Source: Thermovirgaceae bacterium (lineage in GTDB: Bacteria; Synergistota; Synergistia; Synergistales; Thermovirgaceae). From it: a stretch of DNA of 64,000 nucleotides. The first letter of the stretch is position 1; the number at the start of each line of letters is the position of its first letter. Below the pieces are notes generated by a model. The model was given only the letters and a program-made list of their open reading frames with translations. It was not told the DNA's origin and ran no database searches. Made by a program: the position numbers and the translations under genes. The DNA lies in assembly GCA_040767805.1 (NCBI GenBank), contig JAXGNU010000004.1:116763-180762 (forward strand), in the 5' to 3' direction. This document shows, piece after piece, positions 1-8,933 of the stretch.

Positions 1-926
1 GGCGCCCTGGAGAGGGTCATGTAATTGAAGAAGGCCGCCGCCCTGTCGGGAGTGGTGACGGAATAATCGTCCCGGAGGTCCCTCAGGAAGAGGCACGCCG
101 GCGGAGGCCCCGTCTCATCGCCGGACCTGTCGGCCCGTTGGGGGTCGCCCTCGAGGAGGATTGAAACTTGGGACGCCACGAGGGAAGCGCTCAGGCCATC
201 GAAGTAACGCCCCACGTGGGTTCCCGCGCCGACGCAGTAAAAGAAGGGCATCACCTTGCCGACGGAGCCCAGGAAGACCGCCTCCCCTTCCAGGTCGGGC
301 GCCCCGGCCGATCCCGGTTCGGCCAGGATGGCCCCCAGGTATTCGAGACCCCTCTCGTCCCTGATACCCGCCAGGGCGGGTACGGCGGCCCGCATGCCGG
401 CGGACCCGACCTCCTCGTCGGGGACGGCCAGGAAAAGCAGGTTGACGCCGAGGCCGGAAGGATCGGCCGCCGCTTCTGCGAGTAGCGCCATCTCGGCCGC
501 CAGTCCGCACTTCATGTCCATCACGCCGCGGCCGAAGAGAAAGTCACCGGAGGCCAGGTCCTCACCGGCCTCGCCTTCAAGACCCCGCTCCCCCAGGGCG
601 GCGGTATACTCCACGGGGGAGAAGGCCAGGCCTTCCAGGGGACCGAACTCCCCTGTCCCGACCACGTCGAAATGCCCCGTGAGGACCACCGTCCCCTTTA
701 CGGCCGGTTCGGCCTGGACAATTGCCATGACCGCCCCCCTGCCGAAGGGGTCCCCGGGGATGGGGATAAACCTGAGATCATCGGGGTGGTCGCGGAAATA
801 ACCCAACTCCCCGAGCCGGTCGTGGATGAACTTACCGGCCTCGGCCTCACCGGGGGATCCGGTGACGCTGGGTATCCGGGCCAGCTCCAGGAGGAGTTCA
901 AGTATGCCCTGCTTCGTATTCTCCAT
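1..926 (-). CDS. RocB-like M20/M25/M40 metallo-hydrolase (3' end runs off the window; absent from the ORF track)
   Basis: Manual translation from ATG at 926: MENTKQGILELLLELARIPSVTGSPGE...VVLTGHFDVVG...FGRGVMDMKCG...AVPDEE. These are M20 metal-binding motifs, and the protein is paralogous to 52125..53780. Confidence 0.85.
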   Translation of the reverse strand, partial: MENTKQGILELLLELARIPSVTGSPGEAEAGKFIHDRLGELGYFRDHPDDLRFIPIPGDPFGRGAVMAIVQAEPAVKGTVVLTGHFDVVGTGEFGPLEGLAFSPVEYTAALGERGLEGEAGEDLASGDFLFGRGVMDMKCGLAAEMALLAEAAADPSGLGVNLLFLAVPDEEVGSAGMRAAVPALAGIRDERGLEYLGAILAEPGSAGAPDLEGEAVFLGSVGKVMPFFYCVGAGTHVGRYFDGLSASLVASQVSILLEGDPQRADRSGDETGPPPACLFLRDLRDDYSVTTPDRAAAFFNYMTLSRA

Positions 927-1059
927 GGTCGGTCCTCTCTTTTGAAGGTGCGAAAGGGTGGCCCAATCATACCACCCCCCGGATGGGCTCGATCATGTAT
1001 GCAGTGATACAATTGGTGTCGCCGACAAAAACACCACGAGGGGAGCCCCGGACGAGGTC

Positions 1060-2235
1060 ATGAAGCTGAAACGCCCCGCCGTCAACAGCAAGCTGGTCAT
1101 CCTGACGCTGACCCATTTTCTCAACGACCTCCACGGGACCTTCCTGGCCACCTTCGTCCCGGTGATCGTCGGTCGGCTCGGGATCTCCTACGCCCAGGCG
1201 GGGCTGCTGAATTCCCTCTCGGGGATGATCCACATAGTGGTCCAGCCCATGGCCGGCTACATCTCAGACACCTTCTCCCGCCCCTACGCGATAATTGTGG
1301 GCCCCCTGCTGACCGCCCTCGGGGCCTCCATGCTCCCCCTTGGCCCCTCCTACGGCGTCACCCTTATACTGGTCGGCCTCTGGTCCTTCGGCAGCTCCGT
1401 CTACCACCCCCTGGGGCATGGGAGCGTGGGCTACGTGGGGGACCCGGGAAAACTGGCCTTCTTCCTCGCCCTGTTCTCCGTGGCCGGGATACTGGGGTCG
1501 ACCCTCAGCCCGATCTACGCCGTTCTCCTGGTCAAGGCCTTCGGCATGGGGCCGCTGATGGTGGCGGCTACGCTGGTGCCCGTCTCCGTCGGGGCCTGGC
1601 TCGTGATCCGCTACATCCCGACCCTGAAGGCGGAGGGTTCTGAAGCGTACCCTTCCCCCAGGGGTTTTTACCGCTCCTTCAGCAGGACCTTCGGCATCAT
1701 TTTCCCCGTGTGGCTGGTTTGCGTATGCCGGGAAACGGCCTACGAGGGCATACGCTTCTTCCTACCCCTGTTCATCGCCTCCCGGGGGGGGACCATCGTG
1801 AACATCGGCGCGATACTCTTCCTGATAAACACCGTGGGCACGGTCTCGCCCATGGTCGGCGGCAGGATAGCCGACCGGTTCGGCCGGAGAATGGTCACGA
1901 TGGCCGCCATGGCCGCGGCGCCCCTCTTCCTGGTCCCGGCGGCCCTGACCGGCGGGGTCCTGTCGATCTCCCTCTACATGGTGGGCAACGCCCTCCTCCA
2001 GGGCCTCCTGCCCGTCACCGGGGCCGCCGCCCAGGAGATGGCCCCCGAGGCCAGGAGCACCGCCGCCTCGATGGTCATGGGGCTCCCCTTCGGGCTGGCG
2101 AGCCTCCTCATCGCGCCCATCGGGGCCCTGGCGGACCGCACGAACCTCACCGTGATACTCATCCTGCTCGGGCTGCTTCCCCTCCTCCCGATGCCGGTCT
2201 TCTGGAAGGGATGGAAGAAAGAAGAAGGCAGATAA
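1060..2235 (+). CDS. MFS transporter (Fsr-like)
   Basis: THFLNDL N-terminal motif, GYISD and GGRIADRFGRR MFS signatures, ~12 hydrophobic segments; ATG at 1060 after GAGG. Confidence 0.85.
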   Translation: MKLKRPAVNSKLVILTLTHFLNDLHGTFLATFVPVIVGRLGISYAQAGLLNSLSGMIHIVVQPMAGYISDTFSRPYAIIVGPLLTALGASMLPLGPSYGVTLILVGLWSFGSSVYHPLGHGSVGYVGDPGKLAFFLALFSVAGILGSTLSPIYAVLLVKAFGMGPLMVAATLVPVSVGAWLVIRYIPTLKAEGSEAYPSPRGFYRSFSRTFGIIFPVWLVCVCRETAYEGIRFFLPLFIASRGGTIVNIGAILFLINTVGTVSPMVGGRIADRFGRRMVTMAAMAAAPLFLVPAALTGGVLSISLYMVGNALLQGLLPVTGAAAQEMAPEARSTAASMVMGLPFGLASLLIAPIGALADRTNLTVILILLGLLPLLPMPVFWKGWKKEEGR

Positions 2236-2240
2236 AGCGG

Positions 2241-2431
2241 GAATCGCAAGGGCCGTAAATCGTAAGGGCCGTGAGTCGCAAGGGCCGTGAATCGGGAATC
2301 GTGGAGCCAAGGCAAAGGCAAAAGCGAAAAGCGTAAACGGTGAACGGGAAACGGGAGAAACGCGAGTCGCAAGAGCAAAACAATTGACCTTTCGATTTAC
2401 GATTCACGATTTACGATTCACGATTCACGAC
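2241..2431. repeat. Short tandem repeat array with mirrored arms
   Basis: 3 x 16-mer (gaatcgcaagggccgt, aaatcgtaagggccgt, gagtcgcaagggccgt) at 2241-2288; degenerate 7-mers (gaaaagc, gtaaacg, gtgaacg, ggaaacg); 5 x cgatt(t/c)a at 2393-2427. Confidence 0.85.
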
Positions 2432-2508
2432 TTTCAATCCCCGATATCAATTTATCAGGATAGTATGTTATACTACCTCCCGTAATAATAAAGGGGAGGT
2501 CGGGGAAA

Positions 2509-2826
2509 GTGCTGAAGCTCGAAGTCGAACACTACATCCAACTTGGGGAGAAGATGAGGGAACGGGCCGCCGAGCTGTGCAGGATGTACATGAAGGTCCA
2601 CTACGACTGCGACGACTGCTCGGTCCTGGTGACCAACATGGAGACCGGGCAGAGCGGGCGGTTCCGGATCATGTTCAACGAATCGGACACGGAAGAAATG
2701 CTCTATCTCCCTCCCGAATACTTCTGGCTCACCGACGACGAGGTCGCCGTCAGGATGAAGATCGACAGGGACATACGCGAGGGCCAGCTGGAGGAGCGCA
2801 GGAAGTCACGCCCCTCGGCGGGCTAG
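2509..2826 (+). CDS. Hypothetical protein (105 aa, CxxC motif)
   Basis: AAGGGGAGG RBS-like tract, GTG start, host-like codon usage, upstream TATACT. Confidence 0.7.
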   Translation: MLKLEVEHYIQLGEKMRERAAELCRMYMKVHYDCDDCSVLVTNMETGQSGRFRIMFNESDTEEMLYLPPEYFWLTDDEVAVRMKIDRDIREGQLEERRKSRPSAG

Positions 2827-2859
2827 GAGGCGGCTAAGCCTACCGCCCCGGTGGGAGGC

Positions 2860-4026
2860 CTAGGGTAAACCTTTTTTCCCCTGGGGTCTCCAGAGAAAGA
2901 AGTAGACCGCCGGGGCCGCGAAGAAAAGGATGGCCGGCAGGACCCTGAAGGCGCCGGCCACACCCAGCAGCGCCGAGGTGTAACCCACCACTACCGGTGT
3001 CAGGAAGAAACACCCGTCCAGGATGAACCATACCACGGCGGTGGCCTTGGGGTGCAGCCCCGGGGGCGCCGCCTCCCCTATCATCGCCAGGGACAAGGGG
3101 AAACCCACACCCACCCCTATGCCGTAAAGGAGGCCCCAGAAGGCGAAAGCATGGGGGGAAGACGAAAAGGACGTCCCGAAGAGCGAAAAGGCATTCCAGG
3201 CCGCCATGAGAGTGTAAACGATATCCTTGGGGAAGGCGTCCATGAGCCTGAACCCCGCCAGCCTCGTCAGGATCGCCCCCGCCGCGAAGGTCACCATGAA
3301 GTAGGACGACAGGAGGCCCTTGCTCAAGGCGAGGACCGGTATGGATATCACCGCCGCGTCGGTCATCCCATAGATGAACACCGCCAGGAACATCACCCTG
3401 GCCCTGGCGAGGCGGAAAAGCTGCGAATAGGTCCCCCACTCCGCCCCTCTTCGAGCCGCGCCCTCGTCGCGGTCCACGCCGGCGAAGGTCATCCCCACCA
3501 GGGCGCAAGCCAGGGCCACCAGCGGCCCGAACCACGGGTAGACGCCGTAGCCGCCATGCTGGAGCAGCCAGTCCAGCAAGGGCACGACGCAGAGGAAGGG
3601 CGCCATGGCGCCAATGGTGATCAGGGCGAAGGCCCCGCCCCTCACCTCGCGGGGGATGGCGATCGTCTGGTAGGTGGTGAGCGAAACCAGGAAGAGGCCG
3701 AAGCCGAAGCCCATGAGCACCCTGGAGAGGATCAGGAAGGGCAGGGTGACCCCCGAAAGGGCCAGCCCGATGCTCCCGACGGCGCCGCACAGGGCGGCCC
3801 CGGTCAGGGTGGCCCTGAAGGTGAAGCGCTCCACCAGGAAGGCCATGAAGGGGCGGGGGAGGGTCGATGCCGCGTAGAAGGCGCCCAGGACCCAGCCTAC
3901 CGTCGCCTGGGACTTCAGCCCCAGATGATCAAGGTACAGGGGGAGGAAAAAATAGGCGTAGCTGAAACTCATGATGGCGAAACTGCCTCCGGCCATCCGG
4001 GGGAGCAGTTTTTTCACCCTATGCAT
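2860..4026 (-). CDS. MFS transporter
   Basis: 388 aa, ~12 TM segments, overlaps the upstream EamA gene. Confidence 0.85.
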   Translation of the reverse strand: MHRVKKLLPRMAGGSFAIMSFSYAYFFLPLYLDHLGLKSQATVGWVLGAFYAASTLPRPFMAFLVERFTFRATLTGAALCGAVGSIGLALSGVTLPFLILSRVLMGFGFGLFLVSLTTYQTIAIPREVRGGAFALITIGAMAPFLCVVPLLDWLLQHGGYGVYPWFGPLVALACALVGMTFAGVDRDEGAARRGAEWGTYSQLFRLARARVMFLAVFIYGMTDAAVISIPVLALSKGLLSSYFMVTFAAGAILTRLAGFRLMDAFPKDIVYTLMAAWNAFSLFGTSFSSSPHAFAFWGLLYGIGVGVGFPLSLAMIGEAAPPGLHPKATAVVWFILDGCFFLTPVVVGYTSALLGVAGAFRVLPAILFFAAPAVYFFLWRPQGKKGLP

Positions 4027-4948
4027 CGGGGTCGCCCCCCGACATGACGGCTTCCGGCCCGGGGAGGTGGAAGGTCTTCCTGATGAAGGTGTCCAGTTCT
4101 GCCAGGGCTACGCCGACGAGGATGACGGCGCCCCCCAGGGCTATCTGGAAGTTCAGCACTTCCTGGCCGATCAGCACGGCGATGACGTAACCGAAGGGAC
4201 CCTCCAGGGAGAGCAGGATAGCCGCGTGGACCTCGGGGCTGAATCTCTGGGCCACGGTCTGCACGAGGAAGGGGATCACCGTCACGAGGACCACGACGTA
4301 AAGAAGCCCCAGCAAAGCCCTGGGGTCGATGGTGGCGACGCGAGGGGGCGGCTCGAAGGCCAGGGCGGCGGCGAGGAAGAAAAAACCGGCCGAGGCCAGC
4401 TGGACCACCGTCAAGGCCGCGGGGTCCATCCTCCGGCTGAGGTTCCCCACGCCGAGGACATGGAGGGCTATGCCCAAGGCCAGGAGGAGGGAGAGGAAGT
4501 CGCCGAAGTTGAAGGTCATCCCGGGGGTGAAGGCCATGACCAGCAGCCCCGCCGTCGTTATGAAGGCCCCGGCCGTGGCGACCCAGGAGGGCCACCTCCT
4601 GTAGAACAGGGCGAATAGGAAGGGCACCATGACCACGTTGGAAGCGGATATGAAGGACTGCTTCCCGGGGGTGGAAAAGACCAGCCCCCAGATGTGGGCC
4701 GCGAAGGAGAGGAACAGGAGAAAGCCCAGGGCCAGGCCCAGGAATACATCCTTCCTGCCCAGGTACTTCAGCCGGCCTTTGAAAATCAAGAAAAGGACCA
4801 GTGCGCTCATGGTGAACCTCACGGCCATGAGCCACATCGGTGAGAAGAAACCCAGGAGCCAGCTGGTCACACCGAAGCCGGACCCCCAGAACACGGCGAT
4901 GATGAACATGGAGGCGTCGGCCAGGAAGACCCTTTTTCTCTCGTCCAA
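4019..4948 (-). CDS. DMT/EamA family transporter
   Basis: FWGSGF...AVRF and LLSLEGPF motifs, ~10 TM segments. Confidence 0.85.
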   Translation of the reverse strand: MDERKRVFLADASMFIIAVFWGSGFGVTSWLLGFFSPMWLMAVRFTMSALVLFLIFKGRLKYLGRKDVFLGLALGFLLFLSFAAHIWGLVFSTPGKQSFISASNVVMVPFLFALFYRRWPSWVATAGAFITTAGLLVMAFTPGMTFNFGDFLSLLLALGIALHVLGVGNLSRRMDPAALTVVQLASAGFFFLAAALAFEPPPRVATIDPRALLGLLYVVVLVTVIPFLVQTVAQRFSPEVHAAILLSLEGPFGYVIAVLIGQEVLNFQIALGGAVILVGVALAELDTFIRKTFHLPGPEAVMSGGDPDA

Positions 4949-5074
4949 AAAAGCGCACCTACCCCTCGGCGGCGTCGTAATTACAGCATACCACCTGCCA
5001 TGCGGTTGTGTACAAAGAAGGATATGGTATCATTTTCGGGCACGGCCATCTCCATGAAGGGTGGGGGTCCCCCG

Positions 5075-5857
5075 ATGGGTAAGCTGAGAACCATGCCGGC
5101 ATTGTTTTTCGCCCTGCTCCTCTTCGCCTGCCCGGCCTTCGCGGCCCAAACCTACCAGTACAGGGGCGAGGTCAAGGGCTTCACCAGGGGTGCCTTTCTC
5201 TTCAAGGCCTTCGCGGAGGGCCTGAAACCCGAGTCGATGGAGATGATACTGGACGAAGAGCCCGACGAGACCGGGAGGGTCCGGCGGCTCTTCCTGGACC
5301 TTTTCGGTTGTGAACTGGGCGGAGTGAGGATCGAACGGCTCGAGATCGAGGCCCTCGACACGCAGTTCACCGATCCCAGCGGCTGGGCGTCACCGGGGCC
5401 GGATGTGGTGGAAATGCTCTCGGTCAACGCCCGGGCGACCATACTGGAGGGAGACGTCAACAGGGCCATCTCCGATGCGGCCTTCGGCGACGACGGCGGC
5501 AACTGGCATGACCTCTCCCTGGACTTCCGCGACGGCGAAGTCTATGCCAGGGGGTACTACACGGTCCGGTTCCTCTTCACGCTGGACATCCTCATCGAAC
5601 TGGAGGGCCGCTTCGGCATCGTGGGGGGCAAGCAGGTCTGGCTCGGAGACTACACGATGAAGGTCAACCGGGTGGACCTCCCCGAGGGCCTCGCCGACAG
5701 GGCCGTGAGCCAGATACAACCCGTCATCGACCTCAACGGGTTCATCTTCCCCCTGACCCTGAAGACCGTCGCCCTGACCAACGACAGGGTCGTTCTCGAG
5801 AGCAAGGCGCTCCCGCGAAGGTTCAACGGGACCCGTTACCTTTACTGCTCGAAGTGA
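5075..5857 (+). CDS. Exported hypothetical protein, possibly DUF2993/LmeA-like lipid-binding
   Basis: Signal peptide (ALFFALLLFACPAFA), beta-rich body; the family call is tentative. Confidence 0.55.
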   Translation: MGKLRTMPALFFALLLFACPAFAAQTYQYRGEVKGFTRGAFLFKAFAEGLKPESMEMILDEEPDETGRVRRLFLDLFGCELGGVRIERLEIEALDTQFTDPSGWASPGPDVVEMLSVNARATILEGDVNRAISDAAFGDDGGNWHDLSLDFRDGEVYARGYYTVRFLFTLDILIELEGRFGIVGGKQVWLGDYTMKVNRVDLPEGLADRAVSQIQPVIDLNGFIFPLTLKTVALTNDRVVLESKALPRRFNGTRYLYCSK

Positions 5858-5861
5858 CGTT

Positions 5862-7172
5862 TCACTCCTCCCCTGCCCGGGGGAGGGTGATATTCCTGCA
5901 ATGGGTCTCCGGCACCTTAAGGACGAGACACAGCCCCGCGACCGCCCCGGCGAGGCAGAGCGCCAGGGCCCCCCTGTACTGGGTAACCGGGGGATACCCT
6001 TGCAGGATGTCGATCATGAACCCCATGGCCGGCGGGTAAAGGGCCGCGCCCAGGAAGGTCCCCGTGTTGAGCACCGAAACGGCGACCCCCGTGTACCGGG
6101 GGCTGTTGATCTCCTTCGCGACGGCGAGGCAGACCAGGAACGCCATGGAGGCGACGCCCATCACGAAAAGGGCCGGCTTGAGGACCGCCATCGGGGGCCT
6201 GCCGGAACCCCAGAAGAGGATAACCCCCCAAGCGGCCACGTTGACCGCCGCCGTAAGGGCCAGGGGCCACCGCCTCGCCCCGGCCATATCGGTCAATCTC
6301 CCTATTAGGACAGCACCTATCATGGCTCCCAGGACCACCAGGGACACGACACCCGAGGCTTCGGCCCGGGTGAGCCCGTAGACGCTGGTCAGCCATGGGA
6401 CCCCCCAGGCGCCGGTGAAGGCCAGCTGCCCGCCGCTGTAAAGGCCTGAAATGGCCATGGCGGGCCAGATACCCCTTGACCGGAGCGCCCCTCCCACCGC
6501 GTGGAGCAGTTCCCGGCCGCCGATCTTCGGCCCCGCCTCGGTGGGGTTGACCGGGGCGAACCCCATATCAGTGGGGCGGTCCCTTATAAGAAGAAGGGAG
6601 GCGGCACCCAGGAGGAAGGAAAATCCCCCTATCGCAACGAAGGTCATCCTCCAGGAAAAACAAGCCACCATCATGGCAAGGGGCGCCTGGGCGACGAGCC
6701 CGCCGGAATTGCCGACGAAGGCCGTGACGCCTGACATGGTGGCGAACTCCCTATCGCTGTACCACTCGGAAAGCATTTTAAGGATGCAGACGAATACGGC
6801 GGAGGCACCCACGCCGACGACGAACCTCCCCAGGTAGACCAGTGCCGGGGACGGCGCCAGGCCGAAGGCCAGGGACCCCGCCCCCGAAAGGAAGACACCC
6901 GCCGTGACGGTTTTCCTGGCCCCCAGCGAGTCGGCCAGCATGCCCACCGGGATCTGCATGGCCGTGTAGGCGTAAAAATACATGGAAGCGAGGTGACCGA
7001 AGGCCGCGCCGGTCATCCCAAAGGCGGCGACCAGGTCGTCGCGGACCACCCCGGGGGCCAGCCTGTGGAAGAAAACTATCATGTAGACCAGGGCCATGAC
7101 GCTCCAGACGACGAGGCGGTACCGGCCGACGTCGGCCTTGAGCCAGCGGGTGATCTTGGCGACGGGTGCCAT
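5862..7172 (-). CDS. MFS transporter
   Basis: YFYAYTAMQIPVGMLADSLGARK MFS motif A. Confidence 0.88.
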   Translation of the reverse strand: MAPVAKITRWLKADVGRYRLVVWSVMALVYMIVFFHRLAPGVVRDDLVAAFGMTGAAFGHLASMYFYAYTAMQIPVGMLADSLGARKTVTAGVFLSGAGSLAFGLAPSPALVYLGRFVVGVGASAVFVCILKMLSEWYSDREFATMSGVTAFVGNSGGLVAQAPLAMMVACFSWRMTFVAIGGFSFLLGAASLLLIRDRPTDMGFAPVNPTEAGPKIGGRELLHAVGGALRSRGIWPAMAISGLYSGGQLAFTGAWGVPWLTSVYGLTRAEASGVVSLVVLGAMIGAVLIGRLTDMAGARRWPLALTAAVNVAAWGVILFWGSGRPPMAVLKPALFVMGVASMAFLVCLAVAKEINSPRYTGVAVSVLNTGTFLGAALYPPAMGFMIDILQGYPPVTQYRGALALCLAGAVAGLCLVLKVPETHCRNITLPRAGEE

Positions 7173-7251
7173 CGGGGGAGCTCCTTCCGACGGTATGTTG
7201 TGATCCCAAAGGGTGACCTTGACCGGTCATAAGCATACTATATTTCTCGCA

Positions 7252-7301
7252 GAGCGGGGTCAGGTCTACACTTTTGACTAAAACCAGGCTTTGCCCCGCT
7301 C
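7252..7301. repeat. Imperfect palindrome (REP-like hairpin)
   Basis: gagcggggtcaggtct ... aggctttgccccgctc pair over 16 positions with G-T pairs and one mismatch. Confidence 0.5.
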
Positions 7302-7340
7302 CCTGGGGCTGTCCGGCCACAGAGGCAACTCGGGCCACCT

Positions 7341-8723
7341 GTTGCCTCATATAAGAATCTAAGTGAAAGCTATTCGTTGCCTCATGGAAAAATCTAGGCG
7401 ACCTTGCCTGAGTCGATCTCGTTGCCTGCAAGAGTCCTGTTTTTGTTCCTGAAGGCCCTGTTTAGCCTTGACTTGAGCCTGTCGATCTCTTTCTTCAGGT
7501 CTGCAGGGTTGAGTGAGTCGAACTGCCCCCTCAGGTTGGATTTTACCTCTTCCGCGACGTGATCAGAGTCCAGCAGACGCTGACAGGGTGTTTTGGGCGT
7601 GTCGTAGCTCTTTTTGACCTTCGCTCCGGTCCTCGTCTTCGATATCAGCTTCGCCGAAGGGAGGAAGAAGTTAACGTAAAGCCTGTAAACGTCATAGAGC
7701 TCATTCAGGGCCTTTACCTCACCTTCCGTATCGTACCTGGCATACCCTGCCACCCTTCTTGCCACTGACCAGTTCTTCTGCTCCACGTAGCAGTTGTCGT
7801 TCTTGTTCCCTGCCCTTGACCTTGTGAAGGTTATCCTTTCGTCTTCGCAGTACTTTTGCAGGTGGTGGTTTATGAAGGTCGAATCGTTGTCCGAATCTAT
7901 CCCGCAAAGAGGGAAGGGGAGACGACTCCTGATAGCCTTCAACGCCTCCATGGTCCAGATCCTCGCCCTGTTCCTGACGGCCATCAGCTCGGTCCACCCC
8001 GACGCGACGTCCGTTACGTCCAGCGTGAAGGCGAACTCTCCGCTTGAACATCCCCCCTCATGGGACACCAGGTCTATCTCCACGAAGCCGGGCTTGTCCT
8101 CATCCCAGTCGGCAAAGGTCCGTATCGGTATCTTGTGCTTCAGCAGTGTCCCGGGCTTGGTGGAGGAACGCTCCTTCAGGCGGAGCTTTCTCTTCCGGTC
8201 CGCCAGCATGCGGTCTATGGTTGCCGCAGACACGGACATGACCTTGAGCCTCCGGTCATCGTCAAGGAAGAGATCCTTCGTCGCCTCAAGTTTAGGGACC
8301 AGCCATGGAATGGCAGCGGCAAGCCTCTTGCCGCAGATGTAGTCCATCATCTTCCACAGTGTCGCCACTGCATCCGCAACCTCCCTGTCGTAGGTCCTCT
8401 TCCTCTTCCTGCGGACCTTGCTGTCCTTCCTGTCGGCCTCAAGGATGAACCGGGTGCCCCTCTTGGACTCCATGTATAGGCGCTTGCCGAAGAGGGTAAG
8501 GAGGTGCGAAGCGTAGTCACGGTTGTAGCCTGTTATCTCCGTAATCCTGTCCAGGATCTGCCCCTTATCCTTCTTCGATGCCTTGCGGTACTTATCCGCC
8601 GACTTGACGATAACTTCCCTTCTGGAAACCATCGAGAGCCTCACCCGTCCTTCCCCCTTCCCTCCGGGGCATGCCCTTCGGGAAGATGCTATACCTTTCG
8701 CATAGATTCTCAGGTGAGGCAAC
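7341..8723 (-). mobile_element. Insertion sequence (~1383 bp) with DDE/rve transposase (ISNCY/IS481-like; group uncertain)
   Basis: 29-bp imperfect IRs: gttgcctcatataagaatctaagtgaaag (7341-7369) vs reverse complement of 8695-8723 gttgcctcacctgagaatctatgcgaaag (24/29 match). Subterminal repeat at 7376; visibly lower GC than the flanks. Confidence 0.88.
7394..8644 (-). CDS. DDE-type integrase/transposase (rve core)
   Basis: GTG start after a purine-rich RBS; N-terminal HTH-like KYRKASKKDKGQILD...TGYNRDYA; catalytic EIDLVSH, IDSDND and NDNCYVEQKN; frame intact. Confidence 0.9.
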   Translation of the reverse strand: MRLSMVSRREVIVKSADKYRKASKKDKGQILDRITEITGYNRDYASHLLTLFGKRLYMESKRGTRFILEADRKDSKVRRKRKRTYDREVADAVATLWKMMDYICGKRLAAAIPWLVPKLEATKDLFLDDDRRLKVMSVSAATIDRMLADRKRKLRLKERSSTKPGTLLKHKIPIRTFADWDEDKPGFVEIDLVSHEGGCSSGEFAFTLDVTDVASGWTELMAVRNRARIWTMEALKAIRSRLPFPLCGIDSDNDSTFINHHLQKYCEDERITFTRSRAGNKNDNCYVEQKNWSVARRVAGYARYDTEGEVKALNELYDVYRLYVNFFLPSAKLISKTRTGAKVKKSYDTPKTPCQRLLDSDHVAEEVKSNLRGQFDSLNPADLKKEIDRLKSRLNRAFRNKNRTLAGNEIDSGKVA

Positions 8724-8731
8724 TCGGGCCA

Positions 8732-8760
8732 TTGACAAATGCCCCGGGGCGTTATACTAT
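8732..8760 (+). promoter_or_regulatory. Sigma70-type promoter
   Basis: TTGACA (8732-8737), 17-bp spacer, TACTAT (8755-8760). Confidence 0.7.
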
Positions 8761-8808
8761 GCTGCAAACGCCAGGAACGGCCAACCCTTAATAAAGGAGG
8801 GAAACCGC

Positions 8809-8913
8809 GTGAAGGACAGGGTCCAGGGCTCCGTTGCAGTGACCGGCAATACCGCCATTATCGTCCTCGTTCTTACGTGGGGGTCCCCTCCTGGGGCGGC
8901 CGTCGCGCTGTAG
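8809..8913 (+). CDS. Putative attenuator leader peptide (34 aa, Ile/Val/Leu run)
   Basis: AAGGAGG RBS, GTG start, MKDRVQGSVAVTGNTAIIVLVLTWGSPPGAAVAL*; intrinsic terminator begins 20 nt after the stop. Confidence 0.65.
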   Translation: MKDRVQGSVAVTGNTAIIVLVLTWGSPPGAAVAL

Positions 8914-8933
8914 GCGCGTAACCGCAGACCGGG

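Noticed and set aside
2241..2431. Possible CRISPR array
   Set aside because: Units are 7-16 nt, directly tandem, with no unique spacers and no cas genes.
8645..8767. N-terminal extension of the transposase ORF to 457 aa
   Set aside because: It crosses the IS end into flanking DNA; the GTG at 8644 has an RBS and lies inside the element.
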